Below, piece after piece: positions 1-12,700 of a stretch of 64,000 bases of DNA. Each line of letters opens with the position of its first letter. The first letter of the stretch is position 1. Origin of the DNA: Selaginella moellendorffii (taxonomy: Eukaryota > Plantae > Lycopodiophyta); NCBI RefSeq assembly GCF_000143415.4, contig NW_003314401.1, positions 148,860 to 212,859 on the forward strand, given 5' to 3'. A program made the position numbers and the translations under genes. Under the pieces are notes generated by a model. That model saw only the letters and a program-made list of their open reading frames with translations. It had not been told where the DNA came from and searched no databases.

Positions 1-1443
1 AGAGTGTCATCCACCAAATCTGTCTACCTCATGCTTCTTGGGGGTTGAGATTGGAAAACGGCCACAGCAATTGTCATATCTGCATACTTGCGTTCCTTGC
101 GGTGGGTGTTATATATTGTATATTGTACAAGAGATAAAGGTTCACCAAAAACAAGATGCAATACTTTTCTTTTTTTCTGCTGCCATCACTTGTATAAAAT
201 CTCTAGCTGGATTGTTTTGTCATCTTAATTTGCAATTCTTAGCACTGTCCATTGTTTCTTTTTGGTGATCTTTTGTTGGGTTGGGAGGTATGGAGGAGCT
301 TAATTCCAATTGTGACAGATATGTATCTTTATGTTTATATTAATATAAATATGTACACAATACAATATCCTCTCGTCACCTGCCACAATTATATATGTAC
401 AGCTATATTGTACACTTCTATATTCTACAAGGGCCCACAAGAGATCTCACCAATCTTTCTTGTGACAAGCAAGACCAGACGTACATATTGTCAACACGCA
501 CAACAGGTTGTGGGGGATCGAGCACGAATGAAGAGAAGATGAGGGACCACAGAGAGAAAAAAATCCATGCATTGCAGAATAGGTCCCAGCAATACAATTT
601 TTATATTTACTGACAATAAAGTTTGACTTGTTAAATAAGTTATTTATCTGGTCCTACAAGTTTTTAAAAACTGTCCAAAACATATGTAGCACTCTATTGT
701 CCCTTTCAATGATCTTTTGTGGGTCAGAAGGATCTCAATCCCTCGTATTATGATGTTTTAGACGAATATATATGTATTAAATCTGCACCTTAGACAGATG
801 AGCAGAAATAGCATATTATTGAGAATGTCACTATAAATTCTATCCTCAGTGACTTAGTCTTCACAGAAGTTCTTGTGAATCCCTGATCCAATGAGTGTAA
901 ACGTGGTGATGCAGGCTAGCACTTGCAGGAGTGGCTTAAGATTTTTGAAGCCTATCCATTCTTTCTCATCTCAGGGAGCTTGTCAGCTTGCAGCTCCACA
1001 GCAAAACCAAAACCTTGACCTGCCTCATCGGCTTCATGTTTCATTGGAAGCTTTGGAACGCTCCAGAACATCACTCCATGATTTTGTAAGATGTAGTTGC
1101 AATTTCCATGACTGACAACCGCGTGCTTTTAGTGCATCTCACATTTCATGTTCCATGGCCTGGATCCCAGCAACCACGAACACAACTTCAAGTACTTGCC
1201 AGTTCTTGCTTTCACGGAGGCTTATGTGTATGAGGTCTGTAATTCCAAGAGCCCTATGGATAATCTGAATTGTTATGGGCACAGGTCGATGTAGAATACG
1301 AGAAAGCTCTCAAGAAAATGCAGGATATCCATGACCCAGTCAATGACGTGGATCCCTTTTATGGACTTAAACTGGAACTCGCGGCTCGAAATCTCTGGAC
1401 GGATAGGTACGTCTGATGTCCATTCAACTGGCTCAATCATTGC

Positions 1444-2175
1444 TTGAAACAATGCAGGATGGCAAATGAACTTTTGAAAGGATGCCATTACTTGAAACTA
1501 GAGCAATCCATTTGTCGTTCCGGTCCAGAAGATCAAATTTCAATCCTAGATGCTCGCAGAGCTTTGGAGTTCAAATCAGCCGACTACAAGTTGCTCAACC
1601 TCTTGCTTTACAAAATGAGGGGAGAAGAGGTGAATGAGTTCCACTTCTGCTTTCTAGAGTTGTCAAATCTTCTTGTGGAGCTAGCAGATAACTTGTAAGT
1701 GATCCCCGTGGATTTGTTGTCTGATTAACTTCCTTTTATATATATATATGCAGGTCTGATTACGAGGTGAGTTACAAAAGGCTTTAATGATTTCCCCTGC
1801 GGATGATGAATATAGGAGGACGTCAAAGACAACTCATTCAACATAGTGCGCGTGTTTTACAAAGTTTATGGACCAAAACTCGGTTCACAAATGCTGGTAC
1901 GTTGGCAGCTGGCTTTGATTTTAACTCGTATTGTTCTACAGGCTGAGTACATTTCCGCTGTTAAACTACGGTTTGAAGAAAAACTAAACAAGCTAGAGCC
2001 GGAGCTGAGAGAAAAGTTCCCAATTCGTTATCAAGAGGAGCTTTCGAGAGGTACTAACGAGTTTCGATATAACTCCTTGATTGGTTGTGTTCTAGGCAAA
2101 AGCATTGCGGAAATCTGGGAAGTGCCCCCATTTATCGATGAGACACCTTATAGCGCTTTGGTATCAAGCAAATGA
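1444..2175 (+). other. Possible multi-exon hypothetical gene or remnant
   Basis: Open stretches separated by short GT..AG segments (for example ~1696-1753 and ~1896-1941); no recognisable domain. Confidence 0.25.
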
Positions 2176-3240
2176 TACAATAAACCAGGTAATATGGGTT
2201 TGAAAGGTCGACAAAAGCAAATAAAATCTCATACTAGAACATAAATTCTTTCTAGGACATTCTAGGACTCTTTTCTCGTACACTAGGTGTGGATCTTCCG
2301 TGGTACTCCTCTCCATCAGTCTCAAAGCTTCACGAAACAAATCTGCCGATGCTTCATTGTCGCCCGTGACTATTGTTCCGTATGAAAAAGGCTACAAAGT
2401 TATCATACCCGTCATGTACTTTGCTTGCGCCAATGCCGACATTACAGCTCCAACCCATCTATCACTGGGTTTCTCCTTTGCAAGCTAAAGAGCCCTGAAG
2501 AAGAAACAAAACAAATGTGAGAGACAACTTCACCGTGACTCAACGTTTTGTCAACGTGCGACGGTGAGCTGGAGCGGGAGAACCAAAATCTGGCTGTCCA
2601 ACCAATACTGCAATCGCTGAATAAACGAACAATCACATTAAAGTGGAATTTTAAAAAATACCATAATAAAATTGTCTTAAACCCTTTAACCCTTTCCTTG
2701 GAGTGGGCGGACGAAAACTGACGTAAGTTCACCCAGTTATTCACGGTCTGTATTCCTAAGGTCTGTGTATCATGAACTTATTTCAGGTCCGAAACACAGC
2801 CAGCAGTGGAAAGAAGGGAGGCAAGAAGGAGGATCAGAACGTTCTCACGAACTGTGGGTAAGAGATGTTTTTTTCCTCCTTTTGTGCTAGCTTCAGTGTC
2901 TAGATTGCAGCATGCAGGAAGTGGCAGATGTAATGCAGCCTCAAGACGTAGGAGTCGTGATGAGAAGTTCAATCGCTGCCACGACGTGGTTTCCTGGACG
3001 AAATGCTTCTCAAAGGATGACAGGATCGAGGAGATAGCGAGATCATATATTCTGATCCGGCGAGACGCCCAAGGGAGCAAGAGCATGGAGCGGGAGAGTG
3101 GGGTCTTAGGGTGAGGTGCCTGACCTCGGGTGTCCGAGCTTAGCCCGGGTACCGCGATCAAAATTCTTCCAAAACTTCTTTGGATTCTCTCGAATTTTTA
3201 CAAAGTAAGTTTTGATGGAACTTTTATATGATCCCCTCAA

Positions 3241-3600
3241 CTAAGGGTCCAATCGAACTCTCCATCCTGAGGGTATACAAAAAGACTGTCACGATTATTG
3301 AGGTTCATAATCCCATCCTCGAGGATACATTTCCACTTGCTCTTTGATCTAGTTACCTGCAAAGACAAAGTCAACTCCATCTCTAACTTCAGACAACCAA
3401 ACCTTCTCAAACTGCGCTACTACGAGATGACTTATCTTTGGCTCCTCTCCAGTTTGATCGATGTTGTTTAACTCGTCCTCCTCATCGTCATCTTGTTCAT
3501 TCAAGGGAGGCTCTGATCCTTCGGATTCCACACCTTCCACTTGTGTTCCTGTCGCTACCAATTCTCGTTAGCCGGTTCTTCTGTCGGTTACAATGTGCCT
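3241..3600 (-). pseudogene. TFIIA large subunit C-terminal fragment
   Basis: Acidic tract DDDEEDELNNID, then HLVVAQFEKV, a short intron, then RSKSKWKCILEDGIMNLNNRDSLF..GEFDW, the typical TFIIA alpha/beta C-terminus; no N-terminal part is visible. Confidence 0.75.
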
Positions 3601-3659
3601 GGCGACGAAGGTTCACAGTCGTATCCACAGTATGACTCGAAACAGCTCCACGCCGCGGG

Positions 3660-5070
3660 GTTGTGGCCGTTCTGTGCGTACGCCGCGGCCGTCTGGATCA
3701 AGCTTGGGAGATTTTCGTGACCATGCAGCAGCAGCAGCGTCACTGCTGGAACGCGATGATGGTGGCATTTGCCATACATGCCGATCGAGTTTCCGTTGTT
3801 CGAGCAGCCAGCAGCCAAGCTTTCGTGAATCTTTGCCTGCCGGACAGAAGACACGTTACATCCCCCCAGCGCGGCCCATTGTCGCAAACAGCTCCAGTGC
3901 TTGCCTGGATCAAGCCCGTGATCGCAGCATTCCAAGCCGGGACCTCTCGGCAAGGAATCCTGTCCAGCACTTGTCCGGAATGCCCGAGAAGACTTGTATG
4001 GACGTGCCCGAGCTGAGCATATGCGGCTATCATCCCAGTCCAAGTCACTAGTAGCCTGTCAAAAAGAGATTTTGCGTCGTCAAGCAGACAATTGGCGTGG
4101 ATCATGGCATTGCTCGTGTGTAACAAGTCCAGTGCTTCGCTCACGCAGTCGTTCTGGGTAGGCCTGGAGCATGGAATTCCACGAGACCACACTCTTTCGA
4201 AACAAAGTCTCGCCTCCTTCACGTTTCCAGCTCGGGCTCACCATCGCAGTAAACGTTAGAACGTCTCTCGCGAGAACCGTCTCTTCAAACACGAACTTTG
4301 CGCTCCCGAACGCAGCCCAGGAAACACCATTCCGGAAGCTCATCCGGAATGGTGTTTCCTGGGCTGCGTTCATCAGCTCTCGTGCCCCCGTGATGCGCAT
4401 GAGATTGGAATTCCAGGCCATGTCATTGTGTTGTGGCATCTTTCCAGCAAACCAACCGCCTCATCGAGAGCTTGCAGATGCAAAAGCCCCTCAAGCATAA
4501 CCATTGTGTGGAACAAGTTGGCGGCTTTGCCACGATAACCCTTCTGAGCACAGCATACCCGTAAGAGTGCCCTCAAACAAAAGCCAAGCCTCGTAGAGAA
4601 ATCCACTGCTGCACCATTGCGTTCCAAGAGATGGTGCTTAGTATGCCGTATGTGGTGATATCACAACCGTTCCAAGACACAACGTCCCACACGGGCATCG
4701 CATCCAACACCTTCTTTTCCTTTGAAACGGCGAGCACGCGGGCATGAGTCCCCGTCCACGAGTCGGGCATGATCAGGTTGCCCAGTCCGGGTATATGCTG
4801 CAATGAGAGGATTTGAGGCGTACATGCTCTTGTGTGGAATCTGCTCAAACAGTTGCCTCGTCTCGTCCATGTGATTCCACGAGACCGTGTCAAAAACGAG
4901 TCAAACAATCCCTGGCGTAGCTGACGCAGCCGTTGCGGACGAGCGCCGCGATGATCGTGTTGTAGGAGAAGGAATTGGGCTGCTGGATGCTTCGATCCAG
5001 CCAACACTGCCGCCTATGTCTTACTCGCAAACATCCACTCGAATAACTTCATCGCCCAGGTGGATCTCGT
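3660..5070 (-). pseudogene. PLS-type pentatricopeptide repeat (PPR) pseudogene
   Basis: Motifs spread over shifting frames with stops: VVSWNSMLQAY, VTWTGMIAAYAQLG, VPAWNAAITG, DVVSWNG, FSYNTIIAA. Confidence 0.8.
4308..4371. repeat. Perfect inverted repeat (29-bp stem, 6-nt loop)
   Basis: gaacgcagcccaggaaacaccattccgga-agctca-tccggaatggtgtttcctgggctgcgttc. Confidence 0.95.
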
Positions 5071-5089
5071 TTCCAAGCCCTATCAAGGA

Positions 5090-6754
5090 ATGGAGACGGG
5101 GCACAGCCGCGTTTCGGCCATAGCTCGCCATCTTCAAGCTGCGACGACGGTGAGTCGCTCTCCTGGCGCTGCTACTGACTTTGTTTGCTTCTAGAGCATT
5201 GATCGTGACAACACAAGTTCCTGCGGTCTTCCGGTGGTTGTCGGTGCCATGGTAGCGGACATCCAATCCTTTCCCTCCACTCAGCTCAGTCGTGGCACAA
5301 CAGTCGTCGGCCAGGTATCTCCCCGAAACAAAAAATCTCCACTGAAGTGTTTGTCCTTTTGGTGACTATGGTTCTTGCAGGTCAAGTACAGCCATGGTGG
5401 AGTCGGGAGAAATGTGGCCGAGTGCATGGCCAAGCTCGGAGTGCCTTCGTTTCTCATCAGTATCGTCGGGGACGACATTGCTGGTTAAAGATGCTATGAT
5501 CTTTCCCAAGTTCTTCTAAACTTTGAGATTTCTGCCTAGGAAATGCTCTGGTGGATCACTGGAAGTCTCTGGGCTTAACGACAAACGGTAGTAGCACGCT
5601 CTTGGTTTTGCTCACAGTGAAGGTTTCCAGGCATTCGAAGGTGTTGTGGAGCAGCCACGCCAGTCATCTCTATCGCTTTCGACACCACGGGCGAAGTCGC
5701 TGCTGGTGTAGCCGACACTGGAACAGTTGTGAGTATGTCAGTGCTTTCTTCTCCTGATCAAGCTTCCAGGAGAAACACCTGACCCCGGACTGGATCTCGC
5801 AATTCTCGACCATCATCCAAGCAGCACCGGTTGTGTTACTGGATGCCAACCTCACTCCCGAGTCACTGGAAACAGCTTGCAAGTGTAAGTAGTCATCCAC
5901 TTCTCATAAATCATCAATTGCTAACGGAGAAACTCCAGTGGCGGAGCAAGCAGAGGTTCCGGTGTGGTTCGAGCCAGTATCAGTTTCCAAGTCCGTCAGG
6001 GCTGCTGGCCTCTACAAATACGTAAGTTGTATCTTATCATTCACGAGCTGTGGCTCACAAAGGCTTCTTTTCTTTCTTTTTTTCTCCAGCTTGCTTACGT
6101 ATCGCCAAACGAGAAAGAACTGGCTGCTATGGGAGAATCACTATCGAGTCTTGATACTGCTCCAGTTCCTAGTGGCTGGAGCAAGGAGCAGCGCTACATC
6201 CATCTCCTCCTCCAGGCAGGCGTCAAGCATGTTATTGTGACGCTGGGCAGCAAAGGCTCGCTAGCTTGCACGCTGGAGTCTGCAAGGTAGCTCTTGCTTT
6301 TCCTTGACTATGGAAGCTTTGATCGTGATCGTGATCTTGGGCATTGCAGCGGCAGTAGCTTCTCAATCCGCTGCCTTCACGTTCCAGCGGCGGCGGCTCG
6401 AGTGGCGAGCTTGAGCGGCGCTGGAGACTGCCTGGTGGCTGGATGCATCGCGTGGTTGGCGACGAGAGGGGACGGCGACGTGTTGGGATGCGTCACCCAT
6501 GGCACCGCTGTGGCCAAACAAGCCGTGGAGTCGCACCTCAACGTCCCCGACGTGATCTCGCGGCAGGATCTTTGGAGTAAGTTTTTTCTTTCACGTGTTG
6601 CGAGAGCGATGGATGTTCTTCGTTCTATGAGCTTGGCATTGATCTCACCTATGGTGGCGCAGGCGATGGCGATGCTGCGCGGAGCATGGCGCGAGAATTA
6701 TCGTTAGATGGCGGGATATTCGTGGAGCATATGCCGGGGGACAGGAGACCCTAG
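5090..6754 (+). CDS. PUKI: PfkB-family kinase, pseudouridine kinase-like, multi-exon, N-terminal PTS2
   Basis: Spliced by eye: METGHSRVSAIARHL (RVx5HL = PTS2), VVVGAMVADI, GGVGRNVAECMAKLG, VLLDANL, WFEPVSVSK, SPNEKEL, VIVTLGSKG, SGAGDCLVAG; short GT-AG introns; inferred stop TAG at 6752-6754. Confidence 0.8.
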
Positions 6755-6987
6755 TGTGTCCCGGCGGTGGAGGTGGGCGAAGGCGCGGTGCGTGGAAAAA
6801 GACCCATCCCATGGCGTGCAATCGACGCTAGCGCTAGAAGAGGTAGCTTCCACTGTAGCGAGCTGGGAGGAGGGGGAGGAGAGAATGCGAGGAGGATGCC
6901 CGTGGGATGAGAGGAGGGATTGCTTCGTCTTGGGTGGAAGTGGGAGTGGGAGGATTCTCCTCCATCATGCCGCCCACGCTGAGAAGT

Positions 6988-9276
6988 ATGCCTCCGCCGC
7001 CACAGAGAGTCATGAGCGGCGCTCGCGTGCTAAGATCGCTCCGCAAGCTCGCCGCCTACTGCAGTTTGATGGCCTTCTCCTGCCTGCTCGTTGTCAAGCT
7101 CGGCTCCCCCACCTCCTCGGCTCCTCCGCATCGTCACGATCTCTTCTTCCATTTGTCTTGGTGGTGAGTTCTCTCAAGCAAGATAAGTTTCTTTCTTCTG
7201 AGCTCTCTCGCTCTCTCTCAGGTGGGTGTTTCTTCCACTGTGGGTGTTTCATGGGATAGTTTCTAGGGGGAGGTTCTCCGTTCCGGCACCATCTCCACCT
7301 CATGATAGGCATGTACGTGTTGCTTGTTCTTGCGGGAATTCCCTTGGCTTTTTCTTCACTGATGGTTCCCTTTTCTTTCTCGCGGGTGTAGTGGGCTCCT
7401 TGTCATGCTGTTGTTGCCATCCCGCTGCTTGTTGCATTTGAGCTCCTCTTGTGCTCCTACCTTCATAGCCGCGAAGGTAAAAACTCTCGCTTTGGAAGTA
7501 CTACTAGTTTTTCTACGAGCCCCGGAAAGACGCAAGTGTTTCCTTCACCGCTTTGGTTTTTTCTTTTTTCCTGTGGTGCAGTGTATGCGGAGCCGCTGTT
7601 GAGCCTCAAGCTTGTCTTCGTGCCATTGCTGGGTCTTGAACTCCTGATTTTAATTGATAACTTCAGGTACTAAAGTTGTCCTTTCTTCTCATTTGACTTC
7701 TTTTTTGTGCAGGATGTGCAGGGCTCTGATGCCGGCAGACGAAGAAAGTTTAACTGATGATATAATCTGGGAAACACTTCCGGTAAGTTTCCAAAGGGTC
7801 TACTTCTCTGCGCTAATTCTGTGCCTCGACAGCATTTTTGGATATCTGTTTCGATGGTCTTCTTTGTGGCTGCGACCGTTCTTACCTTGTTAAAATTAAC
7901 TGGTAAAAGATTTTCGGTATCAGTACTTGGAATTTTCACTCCTTGTCCGCGTAGGGGATTTTGAATCGCTTGGCTGGTGGGACTTGTTCATAAACTACGC
8001 GTAAGCGTTGCATTTGCATTGTTTATAGCCTTTGCTAATGCTTATTGCTGCTCAGTATTGCCGAGTGTTTCTCCTTCCTGGTCTGCACCAAATGGACCAA
8101 CACTTCGATTCGGGGATCTCTGTCATCATCCTCATCGTCTTCCAGTAAGCCGCTGGAAAGAGACGAATCTCTTTGCAGTGCATCTTCCACATCAATCGTA
8201 CTTGAGGACGAAGGCATCGAAGCCGGCTTTTGTGGGAAGGAGGACATAGGGGGACATTTGTTGAAAGCGCCAGTATTGATATCGCAGATCTTACTGTGTA
8301 TGAAGCTCGAGGTAAGACTTTCTTTTCTTATCCGTCAACAAAGATAGCAAGCAAAGCTGACTATCTTTTGTATTCTTTTCAGGGAACTCCAGCAGGAGCA
8401 GTAAACATTCCAGTGGGTGTTGTTCTGATGCCGCTGATGGTCGTGCAAGGCTTGGCTATTCTTCTTACAGTTTTGCGTGTCGTGGAAAGGCTCCTCGTGC
8501 TAATGCACGTAGGTGACGAGTCGCAGAGCTCGCTGAACATCTTCTCCCAGGTGCAGGAATTCTTTGGTTTTGTTCACCATGGCTCAAGGTTAGTCATCTA
8601 TATAGAGTTCTCTGTTCCTTGACAATTCATGGCCTTTGAGCAGGCTTCTTGGGTGGTGGTCCATTGATGAAAAGAGTAAAGAAGAACAAGTCCGGCTCTT
8701 ATCTGCGAGCTCGTCGGGGTAAAACAAGAAAATCAACTGTCTTGGCTCTGGTTTCTTTGTTGGCATTTATGCATGATTTGTACTTCCAGGTACTACACAT
8801 TTACTGGCCCTCCGCCCGATGTTGTCAAGAAAATGGCTCGGAAAGACCTTGCTGAAGAGGTAATTTGCGCTTGTTTTCTCCAGTGCCCGACTCACTGTGG
8901 CTTTTACGCAGATATGGAGGCTTCAAGCTGCTCTGGGGGAGCAAACACGAATAGCCAAGCATCAGCAGCACGAGTTTGACCGCCTGCAGAGCGTACGGCC
9001 TTCCTCCTTTTCACTACATTATATGTGATTTATGTGTAGCTTGACTGGCTTTTGCTCTTGGCCCTGCAGGAGAAAGTGCTTTGCCGGGTGTGCTTTGAGC
9101 GTGACATAGCCGTGGTGTTACTCCCGTGTAAACATCGAGTCCTTTGCAGGTTTGTGTTTGAATTCCGTTGTGGTGGCGTGACGGGCTTTGTTGGCAGCTT
9201 GTGCTCCGAAAGATGCAAACACTGCCCGATATGCAGAAGTTACATCGGGGATCGCCTGTCCGTGTATGATGTATAG
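6988..9276 (+). CDS. Transmembrane Fragile-X-F-associated (Tmemb_185A) protein with C-terminal C3HC4 RING, multi-exon
   Basis: Exons WVFLPLWVFHGIVSRGRFSVPAPSPPHDRH, DDIIWETLP, RLLGWWSIDE, PPDVVKKM; RING CRVCFERDIAVVLLPCKHRVLC..C..CPICR; ends RLSVYDV*; start codon uncertain (6907 or 6988). Confidence 0.85.
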
Positions 9277-9780
9277 CGTAACATGGTGGCTCGGCTGGTT
9301 CGTGGCCAGCATAGAAGTCCCTGCTAGCATCAGGAACCGTCCAACTTGAATGTGAAATGGTGCGCACCCAAGCAGGGAAATCCACATCGTCGAGCCCGGC
9401 TGAGCAGCACAGTAGAAGCAGCAGATTTGTTTATATCCATCCATCCGTCAACATAGATATACACCCCTTGCCTCTTAGTGATAGTTTTTTATGTTTGAAG
9501 CACGGGCATCCAGCTGATTTGCAGACAAAGCAAAGCAAAGAAGACGCCGACTGGAAAGTACATTATGCATTATGCCAATAACCCAATGATCTTTCACGTT
9601 CAAATCGGATTGCTATAGGTAGTTAAGAACATCCAGTGTGCAGGGCAACACACAAACTCTACCCTTGCAAAACTAGATAATTTATCTTGTCTTGCTGTCT
9701 TGCTGAACTCCAGTATATAGCTTGAAGCTGCACAGTGTTACTGCCCAAAATAGAATCTAAGAATTATAGAAAAGGGGGAC

Positions 9781-12700
9781 TATAAGGTCCAAGTGTACAA
9801 TTATAATGCCGTATATTAATATTAGCATAGTGGGATGTTGGTAGCCGTTGGATTGGTTTCAATCCAGATCACTTGCTCTTGTATATAAAGTAGGGTTTTT
9901 GAGCTAATTAATATGCACATTTTTTGTACTCATTCCATGGACTCACCATTAAGGGCACCTTTTATTGTCCTTGGATGAGTGCTTGGATTTGGGATTTTAG
10001 TTTAAATTTAGCTTTTATATCATCTAGATCTAATTTTTTCTATTTCCTTTCTTTTATTCTTTTGTTCAAGATTTTAGTTTAGATTTATTTTCCATTATCT
10101 AAATCTCCTTTTAGTTTTTTTTTTTCTCATTTCTCTTCTTTTGCTCTTTCCTTTTCATTCATCTTCATGGTAGAGTAGTAGTCTCCTCCTCCTTTGACTC
10201 TGAAGTAGCAATTGGTGCAATTGTTTAATGTTATGCAATTGCAATTGAACAACCAAACTCAGTTAATAGCGGCATTCACGGCATGTGGTATAGCTCCTCC
10301 TACTCTTGGTGCCAATCCTCGTGTTCGGCCGAAGTTCTTTTGTGGGAATCTTGGGGATGATATGTACTATTGGTTCGATCATTTCACCGTAATTGCCACA
10401 TATCATTCTTGAGATGATGCTCGATGTTTGTGTGGGTTTCCCATGTGTTGGAGCTATAGTGATACAATGGTTTGAGCGCAACTACTTGTGGGGATTGGAG
10501 TGTTTTTCTAGATATCTTCAAATGTGCATTTGGACATGCCAACGATTGTGATGATTCCTTCCAACAATTATATCGTCTTCGTCAAGGGCCATCTGAGTCA
10601 GTGATGCAATTTGGCTTTTGTTTCTGAAGCCTTTTGCTTCGTGTGGAGCCAAATATGTCGGAGTGGATCAAACTAGAAATATTGTGGCCAACACTTCGTC
10701 AAAATTTTGTCGGACTTGTGCATGCACTTGCTCCAACCACCCTTGATGATGCTCTTTGCTTAGCACAACGTTATGAGGTGTTGCCTTTTCCTTCCGGTCC
10801 ACTTTCTATATGGTCTTAAGTTTATGTTGCATCCAAGGACAAAGGCAAAGATGTGGTCGTGGCCGTGATGTTTGCTATTGGGTATGTGATGAAGTTAGTC
10901 ACACTTATCAGTGTTGTCGGTGTTTTCCAGATTGGTGGCCACCATTTCCTGGGTGAAGACCTTGGCGTCAACAACATTCTGTTGGTGCTGCTGTAGTGGA
11001 AAGTTTGGATACCGAAATGCATTCGGGAAACGAGGAGTTGCGTAAGTAATGATAGGACCTTGCGCGAATAAATTAGTGATCCCTCTATCTTTCTTTCGGA
11101 AGTATCATTAAGGGGTTCACTTGGCACTAGTTCATTAAGTGTTTACTTTCCAAGCTCGTTTTTATACCAAAAGGTCTCCTATTATTCTCTCCATGTTAGT
11201 TGATATAGGTTCGAGTTTATCTTCTATTGTTCAACTTGTTGCCACATGTTGCCATCTACACTTGCGTCATACGGCAAAGTCAGTTTTCATTCTTTATGGC
11301 AATAGCCATAAACATGCATGTGCACGGGATGAGGTGGACTTGGTTGTGCGTGTGGGCGATCTCGAGTTTGGGTTGTAGTCATTGACAATGGTGCCAAGTC
11401 AAACTTTTGATTTCATTCTTAGTATGGATTGGTTACAACGTAATCATGCCAAATGTGACTTTGAAGTTTCTCCCCTTTGTCTCATACTTTCTTATATTTC
11501 ATCCATTGCTCTAACTTCCATACCTTTTCATCCCTCTTCTTCTACCTCTACTTCAATTATTTTTGTCTTCTCACTATTTCCTCTTATGTTTCCGTCTTGT
11601 TCTGTTCTTCCCTTTTCTGATTCCTCCAACAGTCTTTGTATTGCAGCAGTTGACCGGCTCATGAAGGAGTATGCCGATCTCTTTGAGTTTGACCTAACAT
11701 TTGGGGCCAAGATTGCCACACGTCATCCGATTCCAACTAGGGATACTCATCCAATCAAAGTTTCTATTCATCCTAGGTCACCCAAAGAGATCAAGATTTT
11801 ACGTGCAAACATCAAGGAGATGTTGGAAAAGGGTGTTATTTGAAAGTTGTAAAGTCCTTGGGCATGTAAACCTCATCTTGTGACAAAGCCTGGTAGGAGT
11901 ATTTGTTTCTGCATCGACTATTGTTCATTAAACAAAGTGACGATTCTGGATGTATACCCTCTTTTTCACACTGTTGATCTCTTGGATCGTCTAGGGAGAA
12001 GTTGTTGGCTCACCAAGTTAGATCTTGCTTTTGGGTATTGATAAGTATCGATGGTTGAAGAAGATATTCCTAAGACTGTTTTTTTTACACTGTTTGGTTT
12101 ATATAAGTTCTTGGTGATGCCATTTGGTTTGAACAATGCTCTAACAACTTTCCAGTGGATGATGAATGAGGTTCTTTGCGATATGCTGGAGATGACTGCT
12201 GACTTCATTGATGATATCTTGATCCACTCGGAAGGGACATGGGAGAAGCATGTCCATGATATTTGTAGAGTGTTGGATCGGCTACGAGATGTTTGTTTAA
12301 AGTTGAAAAGGTCGAAGTGCGTGTTTGGGTCCAAGGACACGACTTATCTTGGGTATTGTATTTCTTGTGAGGGTTTGCAAGTTAATCCTAACAAACTTGT
12401 GGCTGTTCTAAGGTTCCCTACTGCAAAGTGTGTGAATGATGTGCAACACTTTCTGGGCAAGGTGCAATATCTCGGTTGTTTTGTGGATCATCTTTCTGAT
12501 CGCACTGCACCATTGCAAGTGTTGCTAAAGTTATCAATGTCATCTTTCATATAGTCTCTGGATTGTGAGTAGGTGTTCATGGATCTCAAAAAGCTATTGA
12601 TGACTCCTTTGGTGTTAGTATATCCTGACTACACTTGACCTTTCATTTTGCACGTGGATGCTTTTGATATTGGTCTTGAAGGTGTGTTAATGCAAGAGAG

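Noticed and set aside
9765-9781. PPT-like agaaaaggggga before the 5' LTR of family A, suggesting a tandem element
   Set aside because: No upstream integrase sequence and no TSD could be resolved; may be chance
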